Shown in pieces: positions 23,201 to 36,100 of a DNA stretch of 64,000 bases. The DNA is taken from contig OZ024742.1 of the NCBI GenBank assembly GCA_964016885.1, forward strand, positions 137,702,001 through 137,766,000, written 5' to 3'. The translations under genes and the position numbers were made by a program. The DNA is from Eledone cirrhosa. Taxonomy: Eukaryota. Every line of letters begins with the position of its first letter. The first letter of the stretch is position 1. The notes beneath the pieces were generated by a model, which saw nothing but the letters and a program-made list of their open reading frames with translations, was not told the origin of the DNA and did not search any database.

Positions 23201-26200
23201 CTGGAAAGAGTGAAAGACACCACTCACAGCAGCTACCAAAGAGTGAATAACACTACTCACTGCAGCCGTCAAAGAGAGAAAGACACCACTCACAGCAGCC
23301 GCCAAAGAGTGAAAGAAACCACTCCCAGCAGCCTCCAAAGAGTGCAAGACATCACTCACAGCAGCCAACAAAGAGTGAAAGACACTACTCACAGCAGCCA
23401 CCAAGGAGTGAAAGGCACTACTCACAGCAGCCGCCAAAGAGTGAAAGACACTACTCACAGCAGCCGCCAAAGAGTGAAAGGCACCACTCACAGCAGCCGC
23501 CAAAGAGTGAAAGGCACCACTCACAGCAGCCGCCAAAGAGTGAAAGACACCACTCACATCAGCCGCCAAAGAGTGAAAGGCACTACTCACAGCAGCCGCC
23601 AAAGAGTGAAAGACACTACTCACAGCAGCCGCCAAAGAGTGAAAGGCACCACTCACAGCAGCCACCAAAGAGTGAAAGGGACCACTCACAGCAGCCACCA
23701 AAGAGTGAAAGGCACTACTCACAGCAGCCGCCAAAGAGTGAAAGGCACCACTCACAGCAGCCGCCAAAGAGTGAAAGACACCACTCACATCAGCCGCCAA
23801 AGAGTGAAAGGCATCACTCACAGCAGCCGTCAAAGAGTGAAAGACACCACTCTCAGACACGACCAAAGAGTGAAAAGCACCACTCACAGCAGCCGCCAAA
23901 GAGTGAAACACACCACTCACAGCAGATACCAAAGAGTGAAAGGTACCACTCACAGCAGCAGCCAAAATGTGAAAGACACCACTCACAGCAGCCGCCAGAG
24001 AGTGAAAGACACCACTCAAAGCAGCCGCCAAAGAGTGAAAGGCACCACTCACAGCAGCCGCCAAGGAGTGAAAGACACTACTCACAGCAGCCGCTAAAGT
24101 GTGAAGGACACCACTCACAGCACATACCAAAGAGTGAAAGGCACCACTCACAGCAGCCACCAAAGAGTGAAAAACACCACTCACAGCAGCCGCCAAAGAG
24201 TGAAAGACACCACTCACAGCAGCCACCAAAGAGTGAAAGACACCACTCACAGCAGCTACCAAAGACTGAATAACACTACTCATTGCAGCCGCCAAAGAGT
24301 GAAAGACACCACTCACAGCAGCCGCCAAGGAGTGCAAGACATCACTCACAACAGCCGTCAAAGAGTGAAAAACATCACTCACAGCGACCACCAAAGAGTG
24401 AACAGCACCACTCACAGCAGCTGGAAAGAGTGAAAGACACCACTCACAGCAGCTACCAAAGAGTGAATAACACTACTCACTGCAGCCGTCAAAGAGAGAA
24501 AGGCACCACTCACATCAGCCGTCAAAGAGAGAAAGACACCACTCACAGCAGCCGCCAAAGAGTGAAAGAAACCACTCCCAGCAGCCGCCAAAGAGTGAGA
24601 GACACCACTCACATCAGCCGCCAAAGAGTGCAAGACATCACTCACAGCAGCCAACAAAGAGTGAAAGACACTACTCACAGCAGCCACCAAGGAGTGAAAG
24701 GCACTACTCACAGCAGCCGCCAAAGAGTGAAAGACACCACTCACATCAGCCGCCAAAGAGTGAAAGGCATCACTCACAGCAGCCGTCAAAGAGTGAAAGA
24801 CACCACTCTCAGACACGACCAAAGAGTGAAAAGCACCACTCACAAAAGCCGCCAAAGAGTGAAACACACCACTCACAGCAGATACCAAAGAGTGAAAGGT
24901 ACCACTCACAGCAGCAGCCAAAGTGTGAAAGACACCACTCACAGCAGCCGCCAGAGAGTGAAAGACACCACTCACAGAAGCCACCAAAGAGTGAAACACA
25001 CCACTCACAGCAGCCGCCAAAGTATGAAAGACATCACTCACAGCAGTCGCCAAAGAGTGAAAGGCACCACTCACAGCCACCACCAAAGAGTGAAAGGCAC
25101 CACTCACAGCTGCCACCAAAGAGTAAAAGACACCACATACAGCAGCCGCCAAAGAGTGAAAGACACCACTCACAGCAGCCACCAAAGAGTGAAAGGCACC
25201 ACTCTCAGCAGCCGCCAAAGAGTGAAAGACACCACTCACAGCAGCCGCTAAAGTGTGAAAGACACTACTCACAGCAGCCGCTAAAAAGTGAAAGACACCA
25301 CTCAGAGCAGCCGCCAAAGAGTGAAAGATACAACTCACAGCAGCCGCCAAAGAGTGAAAGACACTACTCACTGCAGCCACCAAAGAGTGAGGAACACCAC
25401 ACACAGCAGCCCCCAAGGAGTGAGATGCACCACTCAAAGCAGCCACCAAAGAGTGAAGGACACCACTCACAGCAGCCACCAAACAGTGAACGGCACAACT
25501 CACAGCAGCCGCTAAAGAGTGAATGCCACCACTCACAGCACCTACCAAAGAGTGAAAGGCACCACTCACAGCAGCCACCAAAGAGTGAAAGGCACCACTC
25601 ACAGCAGCCACCAAAGAGTGAAACACACCACTCACAACAGCCGCCAAAGTGTGAAAGACATCACTCACAGCAGTCGCCAAAGAGTGAAAGACACCACACA
25701 CAGCAGCCACCAAAGAGTGAAAGACACCACTCACAGAAGCCACCAAAGTGTGAAACACACCACTCACAGCAGCCACCAAAGAGTGAAAGACACCACACAC
25801 AGCAGCCACCAAAGAGTGAAAGGCACCACTCACAGCAGATACCAAAGAGTGAAAGGTACCACTCACAGCAGCAGCCAAAGTGTGAAAGACACTACTCACA
25901 GCAGCCGCCAGAGAGTGAAAGACACCACTCACAGAAGCCACCAAAGTGTGAAAGACACCACTCACAGCAGCCGCCAAAGAGTGAAAGACACCACTCTCAG
26001 CAGCCGCCAAAGAGTGAAAGGCACCACTCACAGCAGCCGCCAAAGAGTGAAAGGCACCACTCACAGCAGCCGCCAAAGAGTGAAAGACGCTACTCACAGC
26101 AGCCGACAAAGAGTGAAAAACACCACTCACAGCAGCCGCCAAAGAGTGCAAGACATCACTCACATCAGCCGCCGAAGAGTGAAAGAAACCACTCACAGCC

Positions 26201-29200
26201 ACCACCACAGAGTGGAAGACACTACTCACTGCAGCCGCCAAAGAGTGAAAGACATTACTCACTGAAGCCACCAAAGAGTGAAAGGCACCACTCACAGTGG
26301 CCGCCAAAGAGTGAGGAACACCACAAACAGCAGCCGCAAAAGAGTGAAAGACACCACTCACAGCAGCCATCAAAGAGTGAAAGACACTACTCACAGCAGC
26401 CGCCAAAGAGTGAAAGGCACCACTCACAGCAGCTGGAAAGAGTGAAAGACACCACTCACAGCAGCTACCAAAGAGTGAATAACACTACTCACTGCAGCCG
26501 TCAAAGAGAGAAAGACACCACTCACAGCAGCCGCCAAAGAGTGAAAGGCACCACTCACAGCAGCCGCCAAAGAGTGAAAGGCACCACTCACAGCAGCCGC
26601 CAAAGAGTGAAAGACACTACTCACAGCAGCCGACAAAGAGTGAAAAACACCACTCACAGCAGCCGCCAAAGAGTGCAAGACATCACTCACAGCAGCCGCC
26701 GAAGAGTGAAAGAAACCACTCACAGCCACCACCACAGAGTGGAAGACACTACTCACTGCAGCCGCCAAAGAGTGAAAGACATTACTCACTGAAGCCACCA
26801 AAGAGTGAAAGGCACCACTCACAGTGGCCGCCAAAGAGTGAGGAACACCACAAACAGCAGCCGCCAAAGAGTGAAAGACACCACTCACAGCAGCCATCAA
26901 AGAGTGAAAGACACTACTCACAGCAGCCGCCAAAGAGTGAAAGGCACCACTCACAGCAGCTGGAAAGAGTGAAAGACACCACTCACAGCAGCTACCAAAG
27001 AGTGAATAACACTACTCACTGCAGCCGTCAAAGAGAGAAAGACACCACTCACAGCAGCCGCCAAAGAGTGAAAGAAACCACTCCCAGCAGCCTCCAAAGA
27101 GTGCAAGACATCACTCACAGCAGCCAACAAAGAGTGAAAGACACTACTCACAGCAGCCACCAAGGAGTGAAAGGCACTACTCACAGCAGCCGCCAAAGAG
27201 TGAAAGACACTACTCACAGCAGCCGCCAAAGAGTGAAAGGCACCACTCACAGCAGCCGCCAAAGAGTGAAAGGCACCACTCACAGCAGCCGCCAAAGAGT
27301 GAAAGACACCACTCACATCAGCCGCCAAAGAGTGAAAGGCACTACTCACAGCAGCCGCCAAAGAGTGAAAGACACTACTCACAGCAGCCGCCAAAGAGTG
27401 AAAGGCACCACTCACAGCAGCCACCAAAGAGTGAAAGGGACCACTCACAGCAGCCACCAAAGAGTGAAAGGCACTACTCACAGCAGCCGCCAAAGAGTGA
27501 AAGGCACCACTCACAGCAGCCGCCAAAGAGTGAAAGACACCACTCACATCAGCCGCCAAAGAGTGAAAGGCATCACTCACAGCAGCCGTCAAAGAGTGAA
27601 AGACACCACTCTCAGACACGACCAAAGAGTGAAAAGCACCACTCACAGCAGCCGCCAAAGAGTGAAACACACCACTCACAGCAGATACCAAAGAGTGAAA
27701 GGTACCACTCACAGCAGCAGCCAAAATGTGAAAGACACCACTCACAGCAGCCGCCAGAGAGTGAAAGACACCACTCAAAGCAGCCGCCAAAGAGTGAAAG
27801 GCACCACTCACAGCAGCCGCCAAGGAGTGAAAGACACTACTCACAGCAGCCGCTAAAGTGTGAAGGACACCACTCACAGCACATACCAAAGAGTGAAAGG
27901 CACCACTCACAGCAGCCACCAAAGAGTGAAAAACACCACTCACAGCAGCCGCCAAAGAGTGAAAGACACCACTCACAGCAGCCACCAAAGAGTGAAAGAC
28001 ACCACTCACAGCAGCTACCAAAGACTGAATAACACTACTCATTGCAGCCGCCAAAGAGTGAAAGACACCACTCACAGCAGCCGCCAAGGAGTGCAAGACA
28101 TCACTCACAACAGCCGTCAAAGAGTGAAAAACATCACTCACAGCGACCACCAAAGAGTGAACAGCACCACTCACAGCAGCTGGAAAGAGTGAAAGACACC
28201 ACTCACAGCAGCTACCAAAGAGTGAATAACACTACTCACTGCAGCCGTCAAAGAGAGAAAGGCACCACTCACATCAGCCGTCAAAGAGAGAAAGACACCA
28301 CTCACAGCAGCCGCCAAAGAGTGAAAGAAACCACTCCCAGCAGCCGCCAAAGAGTGAGAGACACCACTCACATCAGCCGCCAAAGAGTGCAAGACATCAC
28401 TCACAGCAGCCAACAAAGAGTGAAAGACACTACTCACAGCAGCCACCAAGGAGTGAAAGGCACTACTCACAGCAGCCGCCAAAGAGTGAAAGACACCACT
28501 CACATCAGCCGCCAAAGAGTGAAAGGCATCACTCACAGCAGCCGTCAAAGAGTGAAAGACACCACTCTCAGACACGACCAAAGAGTGAAAAGCACCACTC
28601 ACAAAAGCCGCCAAAGAGTGAAACACACCACTCACAGCAGATACCAAAGAGTGAAAGGTACCACTCACAGCAGCAGCCAAAGTGTGAAAGACACCACTCA
28701 CAGCAGCCGCCAGAGAGTGAAAGACACCACTCACAGAAGCCACCAAAGAGTGAAACACACCACTCACAGCAGCCGCCAAAGTATGAAAGACATCACTCAC
28801 AGCAGTCGCCAAAGAGTGAAAGGCACCACTCACAGCCACCACCAAAGAGTGAAAGGCACCACTCACAGCTGCCACCAAAGAGTAAAAGACACCACATACA
28901 GCAGCCGCCAAAGAGTGAAAGACACCACTCACAGCAGCCACCAAAGAGTGAAAGGCACCACTCTCAGCAGCCGCCAAAGAGTGAAAGACACCACTCACAG
29001 CAGCCGCTAAAGTGTGAAAGACACTACTCACAGCAGCCGCTAAAAAGTGAAAGACACCACTCAGAGCAGCCGCCAAAGAGTGAAAGATACAACTCACAGC
29101 AGCCGCCAAAGAGTGAAAGACACTACTCACTGCAGCCACCAAAGAGTGAGGAACACCACACACAGCAGCCCCCAAGGAGTGAGATGCACCACTCAAAGCA

Positions 29201-30192
29201 GCCACCAAAGAGTGAAGGACACCACTCACAGCAGCCACCAAACAGTGAACGGCACAACTCACAGCAGCCGCTAAAGAGTGAATGCCACCACTCACAGCAC
29301 CTACCAAAGAGTGAAAGGCACCACTCACAGCAGCCACCAAAGAGTGAAAGGCACCACTCACAGCAGCCACCAAAGAGTGAAACACACCACTCACAACAGC
29401 CGCCAAAGTGTGAAAGACATCACTCACAGCAGTCGCCAAAGAGTGAAAGACACCACACACAGCAGCCACCAAAGAGTGAAAGACACCACTCACAGAAGCC
29501 ACCAAAGTGTGAAACACACCACTCACAGCAGCCACCAAAGAGTGAAAGACACCACACACAGCAGCCACCAAAGAGTGAAAGGCACCACTCACAGCAGATA
29601 CCAAAGAGTGAAAGGTACCACTCACAGCAGCAGCCAAAGTGTGAAAGACACTACTCACAGCAGCCGCCAGAGAGTGAAAGACACCACTCACAGAAGCCAC
29701 CAAAGTGTGAAAGACACCACTCACAGCAGCCGCCAAAGAGTGAAAGACACCACTCTCAGCAGCCGCCAAAGAGTGAAAGGCACCACTCACAGCAGCCGCC
29801 AAAGAGTGAAAGGCACCACTCAGAGCAGCCGCCAAAGAGTGAAAGACGCTACTCACAGCAGCCGACAAAGAGTGAAAAACACCACTCACAGCAGCCGCCA
29901 AAGAGTGCAAGACATCACTCACATCAGCCGCCGAAGAGTGAAAGAAACCACTCACAGCCACCACCACAGAGTGGAAGACACTACTCACTGCAGCCGCCAA
30001 AGAGTGAAAGACATTACTCACTGAAGCCACCAAAGAGTGAAAGGCACCACTCACAGTGGCCGCCAAAGAGTGAGGAACACCACAAACAGCAGCCGCAAAA
30101 GAGTGAAAGACACCACTCACAGCAGCCATCAAAGAGTGAAAGACACTACTCACAGCAGCCGCCAAAGAGTGAAAGGCACCACTCACAGCAGC
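23201..30192. repeat. Higher-order repeat with 3759-bp period
   Basis: ORF-track translations 23192-24415 and 26951-28174, and 24412-26427 and 28171-30186, are essentially identical at offset 3759 (114 monomers minus 3 nt). Confidence 0.9.
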
Positions 30193-33100
30193 TGGAAAGA
30201 GTGAAAGACACCACTCACAGCAGCTACCAAAGAGTGAATAACACTACTCACTGCAGCCGTCAAAGAGAGAAAGACACCACTCACAGCAGCCGCCAAAGAG
30301 TGAAAGAAACCACTCCCAGCAGCCTCCAAAGAGTGCAAGACATCACTCACAGCAGCCAACAAAGAGTGAAAGACACTACTCACAGCAGCCACCAAGGAGT
30401 GAAAGGCACTACTCACAGCAGCCGCCAAAGAGTGAAAGACACTACTCACAGCAGCCGCCAAAGAGTGAAAGGCACCACTCACAGCTGCCGCCAAAGAGTG
30501 AAAGGCACCACTCACAGCAGCCGCCAAAGAGTGAAAGACACCACTCACATCAGCCGCCAAAGAGTGAAAGGCACTACTCACAGCAGCCGCCAAAGAGTGA
30601 AAGACACTACTCACAGCAGCCGCCAAAGAGTGAAAGGCACCACTCACAGCAGCCACCAAAGAGTGAAAGGGACCACTCACAGCAGCCACCAAAGAGTGAA
30701 AGGCACTACTCACAGCAGCCGCCAAAGAGTGAAAGGCACCACTCACAGCAGCCGCCAAAGAGTGAAAGACACCACTCACATCAGCCGCCAAAGAGTGAAA
30801 GGCATCACTCACAGCAGCCGTCAAAGAGTGAAAGACACCACTCTCAGACACGACCAAAGAGTGAAAAGCACCACTCACAGCAGCCGCCAAAGAGTGAAAC
30901 ACACCACTCACAGCAGATACCAAAGAGTGAAAGGTACCACTCACAGCAGCAGCCAAAATGTGAAAGACACCACTCACAGCAGCCGCCAGAGAGTGAAAGA
31001 CACCACTCAAAGCAGCCGCCAAAGAGTGAAAGGCACCACTCACAGCAGCCGCCAAGGAGTGAAAGACACTACTCACAGCAGCCGCTAAAGTGTGAAGGAC
31101 ACCACTCACAGCACATACCAAAGAGTGAAAGGCACCACTCACAGCAGCCACCAAAGAGTGAAAAACACCACTCACAGCAGCCGCCAAAGAGTGAAAGACA
31201 CCACTCACAGCACCCAACAAAGAGTGAAAAACACAAATCACAGTAGCCGCCAAAGAGTGAAAGACATCACTCACAGCAGCCGCCAAAGAGTAAAAAACCC
31301 CACTCACAGCAGCCACCAAAGAGTGAAAGACACCACTCACAGCAGCTACCAAAGACTGAATAACACTACTCATTGCAGCCGCCAAAGAGTGAAAGACACC
31401 ACTCACAGCAGCCGCCAAGGAGTGCAAGACATCACTCACAACAGCCGTCAAAGAGTGAAAAACATCACTCACAGCGACCACCAAAGAGTGAACAGCACCA
31501 CTCACAGCAGCTGGAAAGAGTGAAAGACACCACTCACAGCAGCTACCAAAGAGTGAATAACACTACTCACTGCAGCCGTCAAAGAGAGAAAGGCACCACT
31601 CACATCAGCCGTCAAAGAGAGAAAGACACCACTCACAGCAGCCGCCAAAGAATGAAAGAAACCACTCCCAGCAGCCGCCAAAGAGTGAGAGACACCACTC
31701 ACATCAGCCGCCAAAGAGTGCAAGACATCACTCACAGCAGCCAACAAAGAGTGAAAGACACTACTCACAGCAGCCACCAAGGAGTGAAAGGCACTACTCA
31801 CAGCAGCCGCCAAAGAGTGAAAGACACCACTCACATCAGCCGCCAAAGAGTGAAAGGCATCACTCACAGCAGCCGTCAAAGAGTGAAAGACACCACTCTC
31901 AGACACGACCAAAGAGTGAAAAGCACCACTCACAAAAGCCGCCAAAGAGTGAAACACACCACTCACAGCAGATACCAAAGAGTGAAAGGTACCACTCACA
32001 GCAGCAGCCAAAGTGTGAAAGACACCACTCACAGCAGCCGCCAGAGAGTGAAAGACACCACTCACAGAAGCCACCAAAGAGTGAAACACACCACTCACAG
32101 CAGCCGCCAAAGTATGAAAGACATCACTCACAGCAGTCGCCAAAGAGTAAAAGACACCACATACAGCAGCCGCCAAAGAGTGAAAGACACCACATACAGC
32201 AGCCGCCAAAGAGTGAAACACACCACTCACAGCTGCCACCAAAGAGTAAAAGACACCACATACAGCAGCCGCCAAAGAGTGAAAGACACCACTCACAGCA
32301 GCCACCAAAGAGTGAAAGGCACCACTCACAGCTGCCACCAAAGAGTAAAAGACACCACATACAGCAGCCGCCAAAGAGTGAAAGACACCACTCACAGCAG
32401 CCACCAAAGAGTGAAAGGCACCACTCTCAGCAGCCGCCAAAGAGTGAAAGACACCACTCACAGCAGCCGCTAAAGTGTGAAAGACACTACTCACAGCAGC
32501 CGCTAAAAAGTGAAAGATACAACTCACAGCAGCCGCCAAAGAGTGAGAGACACTACTCACTGCAGCCACCAAAGAGTGAGGAACACCACACACAGCAGCC
32601 CCCAAGGAGTGAGATGCACCACTCAAAGCAGCCACCAAAGAGTGAAGGACACCACTCACAGCAGCCACCAAACAGTGAACGGCACAACTCACAGCAGCCG
32701 CTAAAGAGTGAATGCCACCACTCACAGCACCTACCAAAGAGTGAAAGGCACCACTCACAGCAGCCACCAAAGAGTGAAAGGCACCACTCACAGCAGCCAC
32801 CAAAGAGTGAAACACACCACTCACAACAGCCGCCAAAGTGTGAAAGACATCACTCACAGCAGTCGCCAAAGAGTGAAAGGCACCACACACAGCAGCCACC
32901 AAAGAGTGAAACACACCACTCACAACAGCCGCCAAAGTGTGAAAGACACCACTCAGAGCAGATACCAAAGAGTGAAAGGTACCACTCACAGCAGCAGCCA
33001 AAGTGTGAAAGACACCACTCACAGCAGCCGCCAGAGAGTGAAAGACACCACTCACAGAAGCCACAAAAGAGTGAAACACACCACTCACAGCAGCCGCCAA

Positions 33101-36100
33101 ACTGTGAAAGACATCACTCACAGCAGTCGCCAAAGAGTGAAAGGCACCACTCACAGCCACCACCAAAGAGTGAAAGGCACCACTCACAGCAGCCACCAAA
33201 GAGTGAAAGACACCACACACAGCAGCCACCAAAGAGTGAAAGGCATCACTCACAGCAGCCGCCAAAGAGTGAAAGACACCACTCACAGCAGCCGCTAAAG
33301 AGTGAAAGACACCACTCACAGGCAGCCGCCAGAGAGTGAAAGACACCACTCACAGAAAGCCACCAAAGAGTGAAAGGCACCACTCACAGCAGCCGCCAAA
33401 GAGTGAAAGACACCACTCACAGCAGCCGCTAAAGAGTGAAACACACCACTCAGAGCAGATACCAAAGAGTGAAAGGCACCACTCACAGCAGCCGCCAAAG
33501 AGTGAAAGACACCACTCACAGCAGCCGCTAAAGAGTGAAACACACCACTCAGAGCAGATACCAAAGAGTGAAAGGCACCACTCACAGCTGCCACCAAAGA
33601 GTGAAAGACACCACTCACAGCAGCCACAAAAGAGTGAAAGGCACCACTCACAGCAGCCGCCAAAGAGTGAAAGACACCACTCACAGCAGCCGCTAAAGAG
33701 TGAAAGACATCACTCACAGCAGCCGCTAAAAAGTGAAAGACACCACTCAGAGCAGCCACCAAAGAGTGCAAGACACCACTCACAGCAGCCGCCAAAGAGT
33801 GAAAGACACTACTCACTGCAGCCGCCAAAGAGTGCAAGACACCACTCACAGCAGCCGCCAAAGTGTGAAAGACACCACTCACAGCAGCCGCCAAAGAGTG
33901 AAAGACACTACTCACTGCAGCCGCCAAAGATTGAAAGACACTACTCACTGCATCCGCCAAAGAGTGAAAGACACTACTTACAGCACCTACAAACGAGTGA
34001 AAGGCACGACTCACAGTAGCCGCCAAAGAGTAAAAGCCACCACTCACAGCAGCAGCCAAAGTGTGAAAGACGCCACTCACAGGCAGCCGCTAATGAGTGG
34101 AAGACACCACTCACAGCAGCCACCAAAGTGTGAGGAACACCACACACAGCAGCCGCCAAGGAGTGAGATGCAAAACTCACAGCAGCCGCCAAAGAGTGAA
34201 AGGCACCACTCACAGCAGCCGCCAAAGAGTGAAAGACACCACTCACAGCAGCCGCTAAAGAGTGAAAGACACCACTCACAGCAGCCGCTAAAGAGTGAAA
34301 GACACCACTCACAGCAGCCGCCAGAGAGTGAAAGACACCACTCACAGAAAGCCACCAAAGAGTGAAACACACCACTCAGAGCAGATACCAAAGAGTGAAA
34401 GACACCACTCACAGCAGCCGCCAAAGTGTGAAAGACACCACTCACAGCAGCCGCCAGAGAGTGAAAGACACCACTCACAGAAGCCACAAAAGAGTGAAAC
34501 ACACCACTCACAGCAGCCACCAAAGTGTGAAAGACATCACTCACAGCAGTCGCCAAAGAGTGAAAGGCACCACTCACAGCCACCACCAAAGAGTGAAAGG
34601 CACCACTCACAGCAGCCACCAAAGAGTGAAAGACACCACTCACAGCTGCCACCAAAGTGTGAAAGACACCACTCACAGCAGCCGCCTAAGAGTGAAAGGC
34701 ACCACTCACAGCAGCCACCAAAGAGTGAAAAACACCACTCACAGCAGCCGCCAACGAGTGAAAGACACCACTCACAGCACCTACCAAAGAGTGAAAGGCA
34801 CCACTCACAGCACCCAACAAAGAGTGAAAAACACCATTCACAGTAGCCGCCAAAGAGTGAATCACATCACTCACAGCAGCCGCCAAAGAGTAAAAAACAC
34901 CACTCACAGCAGCCACCAAAGAGTGAAAGACACCACTCACAGCAGCCGCCAAGGAGTGCAAGACGTCCCTCACAACAGCCGTCAAAGAGTGAAAAACATC
35001 ACTCACAGCCACCACCAAAGAGTGAAAAGCACCACTCACAGCAGCTGCCAAAGAGTGAAAGATACCACACACAGCAGCTATCAAAGAGTGAAAGGCACCA
35101 CTCACTGCAGCCGCCAAAGTGTGAAAGACACCACTCACAGCAGCCGCTAAAGAGTGAAAAACACCACTCACAGCAGCCAACAAAGAGTGAAAGACACCAC
35201 TCACAGCAGCCGCCAAGGAGTGTAAGACATCACTCACAACAGCCGTCAAAGAGTGAAAAACATCACTCACAGCCACCACCAAATAGTGAAAGACACCACT
35301 CACAGCAGCTATCAAAGAGTGAAAGACACCACTCACAGCAGCCGCCAAGGAGTGCAAGACATCACTCACAACAGCCGTCATAGAGTGAAAAACATCACTC
35401 ACAGCCACCACCAAAGAGTGAAAAGCACCACTCACAGCAGCTGCCAAAGAGTGAAAAACACCACTCACAGCAGCTACCAAAGAGAGAAACACACCACTCA
35501 CAGCAGCTGCCAAAGAGTGAAAGACACCACTCACAGCAGCTACCAAAGAGTGAAACACACCACTCACAGCAGCCGCAAAAGAGTGCAAGACATCACTCAC
35601 AGCAGCCAACAAAGAGTGAAAGACACTACTCACAGCAGCCACCATAGAGTGAAAGGCACTACTCACAGCAGCCGCCAAAGAGTGAAAGGCACCACTCACA
35701 GCAGCCGCCAAAGAGTGAAAGACACCACTCACAGCAGCCGCCAAAGAGTGAAAGACACCACTCACAGCAGCCGCCAAAGAGTGAAAGACACTACTCACAG
35801 CAGCCACCAAGGAGTGAAAGGCACCACTCACAGCAGCCGCCAAAGAGTGAAAGACACCACTCACAGCAGCCGCCAAAGAGTGAAAGGCATCACTCACAGC
35901 AGCCGTCAAAGAGTGAAAGACACCACTCTCAGACACGACAAAAGAGTGAACAGCACCACTCACAGCAGCCGCCAAAGAGTGAAAGGCACCACTCACAGCA
36001 GCCGCCAAAGGGTGAAACACACCACTCACAGCAGCCACCAAAGAGTGAACGTAACAACTCACAGCAGCCACCAAAGAGTGAAAGACACCACTCACAGCAG

